Of a DNA stretch of 64,000 bases, positions 25,956-39,394 are shown piece after piece. A program made the translations under genes and the position numbers. Every line of letters begins with the position of its first letter. The stretch's first letter is position 1. Origin of the DNA: Azolla caroliniana (Eukaryota; Plantae; Polypodiophyta); contig JBHGNT010000018.1 in the NCBI GenBank assembly GCA_043228905.1, positions 14,942,001 through 15,006,000 of the forward strand, read 5' to 3'. A model generated the notes under the pieces. That model was not told where the DNA came from and ran no database searches. It saw only the letters and a program-made list of their open reading frames with translations.

Positions 25956-27297
25956 CACTCTTCGGCGGGATTATCGTACCGTAACCCAAGATTTGATGGG
26001 ATTGCCATCTCTCTCTCGGTAAAGGTTTATATTGTTGCTTTGTAGACTCCAAGAAAGCTTTCGATATGGCACCTTGTGAGGATCTTTGGAGGCGAATGGA
26101 AGAACTTGAGGTGCCAAGTGAATATATGCTTGCAATTTCCCGAATTTATGAGAAGGTTATATGTTTTGTGCGCATAAGAGATAAACTTTCAAAAAAAATT
26201 CAAAAGCACTATTGGTGTTAAGCAAGGATGCCCACTCTCACCAACACTATTTGGTCTATGCATTGATGAATTGGAAGAAATTGTCATGAACCATCCGTGA
26301 TAGAAATGGTTACCAAGTTTGCAAAGGAAGAATGTGTTGAAGAAGTTGTCATTGGGAATGTTGTGATTATGCGTTTGCTATATGTAGAAGATGTAGTGTT
26401 TTTTGCAAATAATTTAGGAGATGCACAAAAGCTTATGAAGGCATTGGAAAAATTTTGCATGCATACTAAATTAAGTGTCAATAGCTCCAAAACAAATATT
26501 ATGGTTGTGAAGAGCTAAAAAAGAGATAAACCATGCATTATGTACAACAATGAGCCATTTGAATGTGTGGAAAGCTTCAAATATCTTGGCCTTGAAGTTC
26601 CTTCAAATCATAGATGGAATGAATGTGCTACACGCCGTTTAGAGGCGGGTAAGCGAGCATACTATGCATTTGAGAACACATGCAAGCTTGGAGATATTAA
26701 GTGTTGGGTCCTCAAGAAATATCTTTCCGACACTTTGGTGACACCGTTTCTTCTCTATGGGGTGGAAGTATGGGGCGGTAGCATCCCTAAATCTATGTGG
26801 AAAGAGTTTGAAAATGTCCAAAAATATTTTCTTACAAAGTTTCTACAAGTTAAGAAACAAACGTCCTACACCCTCCTCCTGTCAGAACCAAGGATAAAAG
26901 ATAGAGTGATGGAAGAAGGATATTAGAGAACACGAGAAGAAAGGAACCAAATACTAAGAGAAGAATGGATGTATAAGATAGAGAAAGAAAGAGAATGGAT
27001 ACAAGATATGTAATGAGAGCTAAAGACTAGTGTTGATTTGAATTGATTTGAGAATACATGTATGCCCTTATTTATAAGTTCCTATAGAATAGCTTAGAGA
27101 TTTCTAGAATGTTCTAGACCTAGAATGCTCTAGGACATTCTAGAACATTCTAGAATAATCTAGAGTTTTTACAATAATCAATGTAATACAAGAAGTAGCT
27201 TTTATTGTTTCATATAACAATAAGGTATCTTAATGGTTGAGGTTTTCAAGTATGGATTACAAGGTTCGAGGTTCAAGTTCGGGAGACGCCATAATGG

Positions 27298-30200
27298 TCA
27301 TGTGTTCATGACACTATCCCTCCTTCGAGAACGTCGAGTGGAAGTCGGCGTTAACATTGTTGGGCCGAGCTTGTTTGGATAGTGACGATGGAAGTCGTTG
27401 ACTAGAGCTTCAACATTACAAACGTTATTGATGGGTTCCCAAGTGCGATCACTCGGAGGATAACCAAGCCAATCAACTAGATAATAAAGCTTATTGCGCA
27501 CAATCTTAGAATCGAGAATAACAGCTACCTCGTATTCAGGACCATCCACAAGTTGTACAGAAGGCGGTGGTGGCACGACACGATTAGGAATTAAAGAGGT
27601 GCGGCAAGGTTCCAAAAGAGAGCTATGAAAGACAGGGTGAAGCCGCATATGTGCAGGAAGGTTAAGACGAAATGTTGCATCATTAATCTGCGCCGTGATG
27701 ACAAAAGGACCTAAGCGTTGATAGTCAAGCTTCGGGTAGTCTTGATGTGACGACGAAGCAACCATACACGGTCACCAACCTTAAACGGAGACTTAAGACG
27801 ATGTCGATCGGCATTGGTCTTATGGTGTGCTTGCGCTTTCTGAAGATGTGACGATAACTCGAACTGGATTTGTTGTAGTCGGTGGAGGTGATGCGCCGCA
27901 CTAGGGTTTCGTGACACCTCGGGAAGATCCAGTATACACCATCGAGGGTGGTTGTCGGTGTAGGCAAAGAAAGGTGTAACTTTGGTAGAAGAGTGGACCG
28001 TGTTGTTGTATGCAAACTCAGCAAGATGTAAAATATTACTCCAATCATCTTGTTGATAACTAATGAAACATCGAAGATATTGCTCGAGCGTTTGATTTGT
28101 GCGCTCTGTTTGTCTGTCAGTTTGTGGATGATAAGCTGAAGAGAGTTTGCAAGAGATTTTGAGGCCTGCCCATAGGTGCTTCCAAAAGTGTGAGATAAAT
28201 TGAGGACCTCGATCGCTAATAATATCATATTCAGGAGACCATGATGGCGAAACACTTCACGTGCCATAATGAGATCTGCAATTTCTTCACTATTGATGGT
28301 CTTTACACATGGTACAAAATGTGCCATCTTGGTGAACCGATCCACTACTGTTAAAATAGTATCAAAGCCTTTGGAAGGTGGCAGATCCATAATGAAATCC
28401 ATAGAAATAGACTGCCATGGCTTGTTGGGAGGGGGTAATGGTTGTAGTAAGCCATAAGGGTGATGCCGGGGTATTTTGGCGCGACAGCAGGTGTCACAAG
28501 TGCGAACATAATCTTCGACAAATTTTTGCAAGTGAGGCCACCAAAACGAACGTTTCACCAGCTCAATGGTCTTGGAAATACCAAAATGTCCAGCCATGGG
28601 GGCATCATGACAATGTTCCAACACTTGAAGTCGAGGTGATCCGTCGGGGACGTAAAGGAGATTCTTGTAGAAGAGTAAACCATCTTGCCACTTAAAGTCC
28701 TGATAATGTTGAGATGACCTTGGCAACGTGGAGCAAGATGGACGACTTGAACTACAGCGGGCTAAGACATCCTTAACAAAATCATCCGAATGACGTTGTT
28801 GCTGAATAGTGTCAAGAAGGGTAGAATCAAGTGGCGTGGCATAAATTGTTGTTGCCTGTAGCTTTGATTGCCCGAGGAGAGTTTGCTTTTGATTGTCAAA
28901 GGCCGGATCTCCAGGTCGAAGTGTTAGATACGAACGCCGAGACAGCGCATCTACTTTCCCTTGTTGTTTTCCGAGGCGAAAAATGATCTTGAAATAGAAA
29001 CGCGTTAGAAATTGGGCCCACCGAGCTTGTTGTCTATTTAATACTCGAGCTGTTTGAAAATATGTGAGATTTTTGTGATCACTATAAATGATAATCTGAT
29101 GAGGTGATCCTTCTAGAAAATGACGCCATTGCTCAAATGAGTTGACCACAACTAGTAACTCCTTGTCATGCACCTCATAGTTTATCTCCGAAATAGTAAA
29201 TTTTCTCGAGTGAAACGCGACTGGATGTGTTTGCCCGTCCTTGCCTGGTTGCGATAGGATACTCCCCAATGCAAAGTCTGATGCATCCACCTCAATAGTA
29301 AATGGCTTTTCAAGATCAATATGTGCTAGGATGGGTGCTAATGTGAATGCCTCTTTCAGTTGCGTAAAAGCCTTGTCTGCTTCGATACTCCAAAAAAATG
29401 CTTGATTTTTCTTGGTGTGTTGAGTAAGGGGCAACACAATGCTTGAATAATTATGTATGAATTTGCGATAGAAGTTCGCAAATCCGAGGAAACACTGGAA
29501 ATCCCGAACTGAGCATGGGGGTTTCCATTCCAATATTGTTTGGACTTTTGCCGGGTCCATGAAAACACCCTGGGATGAAATAGTGTATCCCAAAAATTCG
29601 ACTTGTTTGCAATCAAAACTGCATTTCTCAAGTTTGGCATAAAGACCATACTTCCTTAGGCGTTCAAGTACTTGCCGCACATGTATATCATGCTCCCCCT
29701 GTGTTTTAGAGTAAATCAATAGATCATCTAGGTAGATGATTAGAAAAATATCCAAGAAATCCCGGAAGATGTCATTTGCCATATATTGGAATATTGCAGG
29801 TGCATTTGTGAGCCCGAAAGGCATGACTGTATACTCGAAATGACCATACCGAGTACGAAATGTTGTTTTCCACTCATCTCCCGGCCGAATTCGAACAAGA
29901 TTATATGCACCCCTTAGATCAATTTTGGTAAAATGCTTTGCCCCACCAATGCGTTCTAAGAGATTGGAGATTAAAGGTAAAGCATACTTATTCCTTATGG
30001 TGACTTTATTTAAGCCTGGATAGTCCACGACCAAACGAAGGGAGCCGTCCTTTTTCTTCACAAAAAAGATAGGAGCACTAGCTGGAGACTTTGAATGTCG
30101 AATAAACCCATGTGCAAGATTTTCCTCGATGTATTCTCGAAGAACCTCAAGCTCAGTGGGTGATAAATTGTAAATCGGACCCCACGGTGGCTCTTTTCTT

Positions 30201-30700
30201 GGTTGGAGATCAATAGGACAGTCGTATGGTCGATGCTTTGGAAGAACACTAGCTTTGACTTTGTTGAAAACATCAGCATAGTCTTGATATTTTTTGGGAA
30301 TTTGGATGTCTGAATTCCCTTGAGTGACACTAGAAGGTGTCACTGATACTACAAATAAGAAAAGGTCCTCCTTGCCTCCCACTTGGTGCAATTGTTGCAA
30401 TGTGATGGCTGAAATTTGATGAGAAGGATATGGTGCATCGGTAGAACTATATACTTTGGGAGGATAATCCCGAGTTCGATCCTTGACAATGATATTTTCC
30501 CCTAAAGGGCACCTAATTTCTCGCTTCCTCCAATCGATTCTAGGGTTATGTAGCTCGAACCATGGCAAACCGAGGACAATTGGATGCTCAGGACTACAGA
30601 TTATGTTAAAGGAAACTACACATCCTAAATCACCCAAGAGTATGTGTATTGGCTCAGACTCTTCAAATATGACAACTGGGTGTCTTAACTTGTACTAGGG
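27298..30700 (-). pseudogene. Chromovirus pol (RT, RNase H, integrase, chromodomain); frameshifted, protease motif missing
   Basis: 970-aa ORF with YLDDLL, VDASD and SISMDFI, plus downstream fragments in other frames. Confidence 0.92.
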
Positions 30701-30799
30701 CTGAGAAGACTCTACTAACATGCTTGGAAGAAATGGAACCCACACTAGGTTGTACATATCTAGGGTTGTCCAACCAAATGGCTCCTATTTTGGCCGGAC

Positions 30800-31963
30800 T
30801 TATTCGTTTGACTCCTCTTCTAATTGGCTTAGGACTTCAAATTTATTGGACAAGGGTGGATTATTCATAATATTAGATTCACTAACTACTTCTAAAATGT
30901 TGGACTCATTTTTATTGTCATAGTGAATTTGATTTACCTGACGTCTCGGCCTACGGGAGCAATGAATGGCTATATGTCCTGGACCCCCCCAATATAAGCA
31001 CAGATGGTTTGCTCGACGACGTTGCTTCTCTTCGTCTGACAACGGTCCTCGTTGTTGAGTCATATCGATCTCCATGGGTGCAGGACTATCCATTGGGACT
31101 GGACTACGTGTTTGCCTTGGAGTTGGAGCAAGGCTATACATTTGCCTTGGGGATGATTGCGTCGTTACTGATGCATAAGTTGGTGTGAATCTTGATCTTG
31201 TTATTTGTTGTTGTCGCTCACATCGACGCTCAAAAAGGCGATTATCACACCGTATTGCTCGACTAATAGCTTTTGTAAGTGACCTTGGATCCTCGGGGAA
31301 GGTAAGAAGTAAGTCTTTGACGTCACTACGAAGGCCTGAATGGAATTGCTCCATTAGGGCTTGTTCATCCCAAGGAATATCGCTTGCGATGAGATGGAAA
31401 TTGGCAGCATATGTCGAAGCTGGTTGATCACCTTGACGAAGTGTACGAATCTTGTTGATAGATGTTCTTGCCCCATCAGTATCTCCGAAACAAGCCTTAA
31501 ATTCCTTGATAAATTCCTCGAAATTATTCAGTAGAGGAGAATTGGTCTCTAGCAATGGAGCAAACCACGACAACGCTATGCCAGTCAATAAAGTGCCCAC
31601 TAGCCCGACTCGTGATGCATCTGTTGGATAACGTGTGGGATGCATTTGAATCACCAACCGTACTTGATTCAAAAAACCTCGGAAATGCGCCCTCGACCCA
31701 TCAAATTTAGCTGGGAGGCTAATTTTGGGCTCCTTGATAAGTCCCTGACCTTCAACCCTTTGTTGTTGTAACACGACGATTGTCGACTCTAACTGCTGCA
31801 CTCGTCGCGTGAACTCCTCTTGTTGTTGTTGCTTCTCTATAGTAACCTTTTGTTGATCCCCAAGTAGACGTTGATTCTCTACTTCAAGAGATGCGAACTT
31901 GGATTTAAGGTTCTCCATTTCTGCAACAAGGGTGAGATATTCTTCTGAGTTAATGGCAGCCAT
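30800..31963 (-). CDS. Chromovirus Gag, 387 aa
   Basis: KEPKISLPAKFDGSR..PMEID..LCLYWGGPGHIAIHC knuckle (one Cys mutated to Trp). Confidence 0.9.
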   Translation of the reverse strand: MAAINSEEYLTLVAEMENLKSKFASLEVENQRLLGDQQKVTIEKQQQQEEFTRRVQQLESTIVVLQQQRVEGQGLIKEPKISLPAKFDGSRAHFRGFLNQVRLVIQMHPTRYPTDASRVGLVGTLLTGIALSWFAPLLETNSPLLNNFEEFIKEFKACFGDTDGARTSINKIRTLRQGDQPASTYAANFHLIASDIPWDEQALMEQFHSGLRSDVKDLLLTFPEDPRSLTKAISRAIRCDNRLFERRCERQQQITRSRFTPTYASVTTQSSPRQMYSLAPTPRQTRSPVPMDSPAPMEIDMTQQRGPLSDEEKQRRRANHLCLYWGGPGHIAIHCSRRPRRQVNQIHYDNKNESNILEVVSESNIMNNPPLSNKFEVLSQLEEESNE

Positions 31964-31987
31964 GGTTTCAGGATGGTTACAAAGGAG

Positions 31988-32026
<39 letters not shown>

Positions 32027-33261
32027 GAATCAAACTGTCAGAACCAAGGATAAAAGATAGAGTGATGGAAGAAGGATATTAGAGAACACGAGAAGAAAGG
32101 AACCAAATACTAAGAGAAGAATGGATGTATAAGATAGAGAAAGAAAGAGAATGGATACAAGATATGTAATGAGAGCTAAAGACTGGTGTTGATTTGAATT
32201 GATTTGAGAATACATGTATGCCCTTATTTATAGGTTCCTATAGAATAGCTTAGAGATTTCTAGAATGTTCTAGACCTAGAATGCTCTAGGACATTCTAGA
32301 ATAATCTAGAGTTTTTACAATAATCAATGTAATACAAGAAGTAGCTTTTATTGTTTCATATAACAACAAGCTATCTTAATGGTTGAGGTTTTCAAGTATG
32401 GATTACAAGGTTCGAGGTTCAAGTCCGGGTGACGCCATAATGGTCATGTGTTCATGACACCTCCTCCTTGAGACGGGATCGCTTCCCATTGAGATCATGG
32501 CCATGGAAAGGGTTGTTGAATACATGCTTAAGGTTCAAAAAAGTCCCTCACATCGACTTCCTAGAATTGCATGGGAAGCAAGCAAAAATATCCAAAAGAC
32601 GCATAAAAGCAAAATTTTGTGTTCTGGATGCAAGATATAGAAAAATGGTTTGGTATATGGGATGTGAGACACTTGCTTCATGATGCATCATTAGATTCCT
32701 CTGTAATTGAGGCCTTTTTGCAACACCAATGTATCATGACATGGGATAAATGTGGAGGCTCACGCTTCACACATTATACTACACATGTTGCACCTAACTA
32801 CAAAACCATATTCTTTGCAGAATGGGGAAATCGTATACATCGATACATGTTAGAGCCCATATCGTTATCTGCCATTCGAACCATTGCTTCCATGCAACTT
32901 AGTTCACATGCACTGTGATGTGAGACAGAGCGTTGGGGCACAAGTGATGAGAGTGGTCGGTTATGCACACTTTGCCCTAAACAAGTTCGCGAGTCTGAGT
33001 ATCACACTTTGATACAATGCTCTGCCTTTGATCATATTCGACCATGCTTTCCACATCTCTTCGGCCAAGCCCAATCCTTGCATGAATTCCTCTCACAACC
33101 ACAATGTGCACTCTCGATTGCAACATTCATTGGTAAAGTTCTTGAACATCGAGAGTCACTACTCACTTTCACACGTATCATGTGAAATGTAATATTTTTG
33201 GTCTCATACGTCATATTTGACCTCCAAAGACAATAATATAATCTATCTATCTATTTATCTC

Positions 33262-36200
33262 TTTATGACCCCATTATATTTTTGGCTAAAACATGGGAGC
33301 ATGAGGCAAAACCTATACCTAAGATTGATGGCTACCTCATAAAATCGATATGGCATCCCTCCAAAGGGAATATTGGGTGTGACGGGATCGCATATATCTA
33401 CCATGAGAGCTTAGATAATTCCATCAAAGTATGCAAATATGATGATTATAAGAGATACATATGGATAGCGGTTAATTTAGGGAAAGAGAAGCTCTATATA
33501 GTTGCATGTTACATTCCTCACAAAGACTCAAACTACTATAGTAGGTTTGGGTTAGATTGTGACGATCCTTTTACAGAATTATGTCATGATATACTTTCAT
33601 TTGAGAAGCTTGGTAAAGTTTTAATTATGGGAGACTTCAATGCAAAAGTTGGAAATTTCCAAAATGTCGAGACATTTGAAGAAAATGTAGTAGAACATTG
33701 TCTATTGCGTGACTCAAAGGATTGTATCATGTCAGATTATGGAAAACTTTTGATACATATGCTAAATTGCACAAACTTGATTATATCCTAAATGGTATAA
33801 CGGCGTTCCCATTGACAAATGTGCTCACATGTTTACCATCCTTGGGTGGAGGAAGTGTGGTTGATTACGCATTAATGTTGGCATGTGATCTATCATTGGT
33901 GAATGTGTTTAAAGTTGGTTTTGTATCTCCGGACTCAGACCACAACCCATTGTACTTAGAGCTTGCAATTCCACATTTCACCAATAGATGTCATGGAGTG
34001 AAATACGGAAAGAGATGTATCATCCAACATTGCTACGAAAAAGCTAAGATGTATGCAAATAAAGTGGAGAACCATTTGTTAAATTTTTATCTAAGCAACG
34101 ATGTTAAAGAAAATTGGCAACATTTGAAGGATATCATCCTTAAGGTTAGATATCAATACTTTAAGAGGCGTGTGGGTGGGCATAAGATGTGTAGTTTTCC
34201 ATGTAATTCTTGGTTCGACAATGAATGTACGATGTATCTCAAATGGTTTAAGTCCATAGAAGGGGAAAATGAAAAGATTGTTGCATGACACCTACATAAG
34301 AAAGTAGTGAGGAGAAATAAAAGAAGATATTTCCAAATGCAAGAGATGAAAAAGAAAAATTTATTTAGCTCAAACCAAAATTAGCATGGGGACAACTCAA
34401 AGGGTAAGAAAGAACATGTGAAAGGTCACCTTACAAATGAAGAGATGTTAGACTATGTACAAAGGCTATATATGCATGAAGGTGTGACTCCTATGGTTGA
34501 GCAAATTGAAACACCATGCACTACATGTATCAATATTGATGATGTCAATAAGGGAATAAAGAAGATGGTGAGTGGGAAAACAACAGATGCAACCATCGTC
34601 TCAAGTGAGCTTTTTTTTCCATAAAAAATATCCTCCATTGGTATTAACATAAAGTGGCCAAAGACAATATACAAAAAAGTCCAGTATTACAAAGAAAAAT
34701 TCAACATAATTAAGTAGAAAACTATTGAACTATTGAACCCCATCTAAAACAAATAGCTTCAACTACATAAAACAACACCTCCTCCTCCGTATTGCTACTC
34801 AATGTAAATATTGCATTCAACGCCGCTTCCAAAAGTATCTTTTTAGGGCCACCATGGCAGATATGCCCAGAGAATATTGTTTCTACACCTATATATTGTT
34901 CATCACCATCAGAAAATAGAGGTAAACAGCCCCGTAGACCAATATGACCAATTGCTTCCACTACAGTTCATGATAGAATTCCATTTGATGCCTTAACATG
35001 TAAATCAACAGTTCCATTTACGGCCATGGCATGTTCCAATAGCACCAACATACGTTCATCTAGGGATGATCTGTCAGACTCTTTGTATACCATCTTGGCA
35101 TCTTGCCAATGTCCATGAAAATCCTGTATTAACAACAAAAAATTAGACTAAAAGTTTCCTCACCCCACCCACTCATGATAGTCGGCTTCAACCCCCCCAC
35201 CATCTTCACTCATCCTTATCACAGAAAAAATTTCTTCATTCAGTCCACATCAACCATCTCGCCGATTAGCCGTCTCAAGTGAGCTTTTAAAATGGACAAT
35301 GCCACATACTCCTCATTGGATAATGACAATTATAGAGCAAGCTATAAAACAAGGATTTCCAAATGATTGGCTTATGAATTAGATTAAACCAATATTTAAA
35401 GCTGTAGATAAGAATCAAGTATAAAATTATCGTACAATAATGGTGAGCTCAACTATTACTAAATTATATAGCACTATTATGGAGCAAAAGATAAGCACAT
35501 GGGCTGAAAGTACAAGCAAAAGAGCACTTGGGCAAGTAGGATTTAGACGAAAACACTCCACTGTGGATCATTTGGTCAAATTGAGAGTAATCATGGAAGA
35601 GAGTCGACTACAAGGAAAAACGCTTTATTGTTGTTTTGTTGATTTCAAGAAAGCTTTTGATACCATGCCACGAAGTGAGCTTTGGAATAGAATGGTAGAG
35701 ATTGACATGCCATTAGAGTACCGAGTTGTTGTAGCATGCCTATATGAACAAGTTAAATGCTAATTAAAAATGGATAGTGGATTCTCAATGCACTTTTTAA
35801 GTGACATGGGGGTCAAGCAAGGATGTCCACTATCGCCCACACTTTTTGGCTTATGTATTGATAAATTAGAAGAAGTGGTGAATAAGGTTGCAAGAGAAGA
35901 AGGATTGAATGCGGCCCCCAAATTGATGCAACATGTTATCTTATTGCTTCTATATGCATATGATGTGGTACTCTTCTCATATGGTGTTGATAGTATGCAA
36001 CATTTACTTGGGGTATTAGAAGAATTTTGCCATAGTAGTGGCCTAGCAATGAATGTGGAGAGAGCAAAAATTGATGGTAGTGCAAACCATCCAACCTCGT
36101 CATTACCCTATGCTCACATATAGAGGTGAACATATACAATTTGTTCGAAGCTTTAAATATCTTGGTATTGATGTACCCACCACAAATAAATGGAGTGCAT

Positions 36201-37035
36201 ACTTTGATTCTAGGTTCCAAGCCGGTTGGAAATCGTATTACCTTTTGGAGAACCAATGCAACCAAAGTGATACTAAGTGTGGATGAGAAGTAAAACTAAT
36301 GTTGTTCAATGCCATGGTAACTCAAGTATTGCTTTATGGAGTATAAGTATGGGAGAAGTATGGGGTGGCACCATCTCTCTTAATGCATGGGATGAGATTG
36401 AGAAAATTCAAAAGATGTTTTTAAGGAGGCAATTAGGACTTAAATGCACTACCTCTTACTAGGTTATGCTCTTGGAAACAGGTGTTCGACCCATAGAAAT
36501 ATTGGCACTCCAAAGAGTATATAAATAAATTACAAAAGTCAAGAATATGCCGAATCATCGATTACCACATCTTGCTTGGAATGTTGGATGTAAGCTACAA
36601 AAGAATCATAAGAGTAAGATTCTCTCATCTGGTTGGATTGTTGACATAAGGAAATAGTTTAGAAGATGGGATGTGGATGATCTTTTAGAACTTTCAAGCA
36701 ATGTTATGCATTATGTAATGATTGAGGAAAGGTTGATGGAATCATTAAGGATGGAGTACGAAGATGCTAAGAGGATAAAGCTAGAATACTACATTGCAAA
36801 TGTCAACCCTGAATGTTGGTCTCAACATAAAAGAATGCCTATTGATCGTATCCAACCTTATCTCATTACCAATATGAGTAGTAATGCTTGTAGAGCCCTT
36901 ACACAACTTCGCACTCGATCTCACAAATTAGGTATTGAAGTTGCATCATGGTATCAAAATGTAACGAATTTGAAGACATGTAAAGTATGCAATGAAGGCA
37001 TGGTGGAGGATGAATGTCACTTGCTCTTCTTAGAT
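33262..37035 (+). mobile_element. Decayed RTE/RTEX-like LINE (APE endonuclease plus RT), second family
   Basis: MGDFNAKVG, SVVDY, SDHNPL; QVGFR, CFVDFKKAFD, GVKQGCPLSP, LLYAYDVV, FKYLG, CKVC..EDECH; many stops. Confidence 0.9.
34615..35270 (-). other. Retroposed insert with an 18-bp TSD and short poly(A)
   Basis: CGTCTCAAGTGAGCTTTT at 34597-34614 and 35271-35288; T run at the left end; target site TTTT/AA. Confidence 0.85.
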
Positions 37036-37289
37036 GCACTACTTGGTTGGGTGTCGTTGCAGGACATAGGAGCTCAATGTATGACATTTTGATCTCTACT
37101 AGGCAAGCTTAGTGAAGGAGCTCCAACTAGTATGGAAGAATGTAGAGGTTTGATCATGCATGTGGCCTACTACTCTCCGCAATACAACCTTTACCAATTG
37201 AGCTACAACATTTGTGGTGTGTGTTGGGGGTGAGAGGGTGAAGTATTGTCTTTTAATATGTGTTTGAGAACATGCACAACAGAAGAGAA

Positions 37290-37850
37290 ATCGAACGTTG
37301 GGCTCTCAAGATATGCCTCTTCCACACTTCAATGATATTGATGTTTCTCTACGAGGCTGTGAAGTATGGAGCTCTAGTATTCTTAAGTTCTCTTCAAAAG
37401 AGTTTGATAATGTCCATAAGTGTCGCCTTATTATGATGTTTCTTTGAGTCAAGCTACAAATGCCTTATGTTTTCCTACTTTTTAGATTGGATCACTTGTC
37501 GTTGAGGTCATGGACATGGAAAGTGTTGTCAAGGTTGTAGTTAAGGTTTAAAATGCCCCTCACATCGGCTCCTTGGAATTGCATGGTAAGCAAGTAAAAA
37601 ACATTCAAAAGACACACAAAAACTATTTATGGGTATAGGAAATCATGAAATGTTGTGGACGATGGGATGCATTACACTTTGCTTTATGATGCATTAATAG
37701 ATTCCTCCATGAATGAGGCTTTGCAATACCATTATATCTAAACATGAGAAAGGTGGGACGTCCTTCACTTCACACAATATATTATATATATCTTAAACTA
37801 CAAAACCTTCTTCTTCTTCTAAATGGGAAACTACTATCATTGTTTGTCCT
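37290..37850 (+). mobile_element. Highly decayed LINE 3' fragment related to the 26019-33258 family
   Basis: By-eye similarity to 26700-26880 and 32460-32830 (e.g. GAAGTATGG..AAAGAGTTTGA.AATGTCCA). Confidence 0.7.
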
Positions 37851-39394
37851 CTACACCATTACTTCCATTTAGCTTAGCAATAACGAGTGTCAACATCTTT
37901 GCATATCATTCAATGTCAACTAGCCTTACTACAAGATGTTGCAAAGTTCAATATGATAAACTATTAAATCAAATTTCCTTTCAACCTACATAATGTTATG
38001 GTACTCCATCAAGACCATCAAATAAGAGCCCAAGGTGGTCAAACATTACCTTAATATTAGTTGTCCAATATGGGACATGTACATCTGGGTAAGTAAGAGA
38101 TATAAATCCAAGAATATAATCACTCTTAGATATAAATACATATAAGGAAGGGCATTTGAGAATTAGAAATTTAGGCACTCTCAAATATCAATCATGCATT
38201 TTAATGAAGGATAAATTAGTGTAAGTGCCATTTGTGGTGACTTGAAATCATGCTTAGGTAGGAAAAGAAGTTGCTTTATGGTGCACATGTTGTCACCCTA
38301 CCTTTGTTCAATTTGCCACCTTATCAACAATTTTGTGTGCACAAAAAGCTTGATTTTGAACTCTAAGTACATATATATTTTCTTGAATTACTTTTCATTG
38401 TTTGGGCATATGAGATTTAGCACAAGTATGTTCCTTGTGTAGGTAGTTTTGATGCATACATTTTGCGTTTTCTTTTGCTATTTGCTCGAGTTTTGTCTTT
38501 ACTTAAATTGCATTTTAAGATGATGTTATTCTGCCCACCAACACCACCAATGAATGCTTTACACATCAAGTTGCTGGCCGTCATTATAAATCATCAAATA
38601 TAGATACGTTGTATTCTCTTTGAGTTTTCTTGTTGTTTGCAAGAGACAATGCTTCTTTAGATGTGCAAGCTCAACCTCTTGATTTTTGGGACTTCAAAAA
38701 AATTGCCAAATGATACCTACTACAAATACCACATGTAAATCCTTTCTTTCATGCTTTCCCAAGTGAATAAATTTAGATACGTTATGTGCACTACACTACA
38801 GCACTCTGAATTCACTATGAAGAAAGATTGAATAATCCCTCTCAAAAGAGTTAATACCTGAAAAATCAATTAGGTAATTTCCTTAGCGACTTTATTGAGT
38901 GATGAATTTTAGAGGAAATTATAGTTAGTATTCTCCATTTAGTCTGTGACAACTTTGACTTCACTACCAGAACGATTGAATGGTCACCCTCAAAAGAGCT
39001 TCGTGGCCAAGCCTGCATGCATACACGCATGTTAGTTGAGTCATTTTACTACCGAGTTTCACGTAGCATGCAAGTTGTATTTTTTTAAATCATGTTTTTG
39101 AACTCAATAATATATATATATTGGAAAACATGGGCATTTAAGAAAAGGAATTCTAGAACTCAAGAAAGGCATTTGAAGCTCATGATTTCATATTGCACTT
39201 TGCCTTCACACCTTCTGTTCATCCAGCCAAGCTTATTTCATTGGTTTTCAACCTGCTTCAGCATTGTTTCAATTCAACCAACGCTTATTATTATTATTAT
39301 TATTATTACATTTCCAACAATCTTCATAAATATAACCCTTTGCCTTCACACATACTGTTCAATCCACCCAAGCTTATTTCATCATATTTCAACC

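Larger units (their letters stand above)
26880..32459 (-). mobile_element. Full-length Tcn1/Tf1-like chromovirus (Ty3/Gypsy)
   Basis: LTRs 32036-32459 (5') and 26880-27313 (3'), about 6 substitutions plus a 10-bp indel; TSD CCTCC; PPT GAAGGAGGGATAG; no tRNA PBS; chromodomain EYEVAVILDSK..YYLVDWLGY..TWEP. Confidence 0.96.
26019..33258 (+). mobile_element. 5'-truncated RTE/RTEX-like LINE, split by the chromovirus at 26880-32459
   Basis: LYCCFVD.KKAFD, GVKQGCPLSPTLFG, LLYVEDVV, FKYLG; the frame TSYTLL|LETGSLP rejoins across the insertion; C-terminal CTLC..ESEYH..C motif; (ATCT)n tail at ~33240. Confidence 0.88.
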
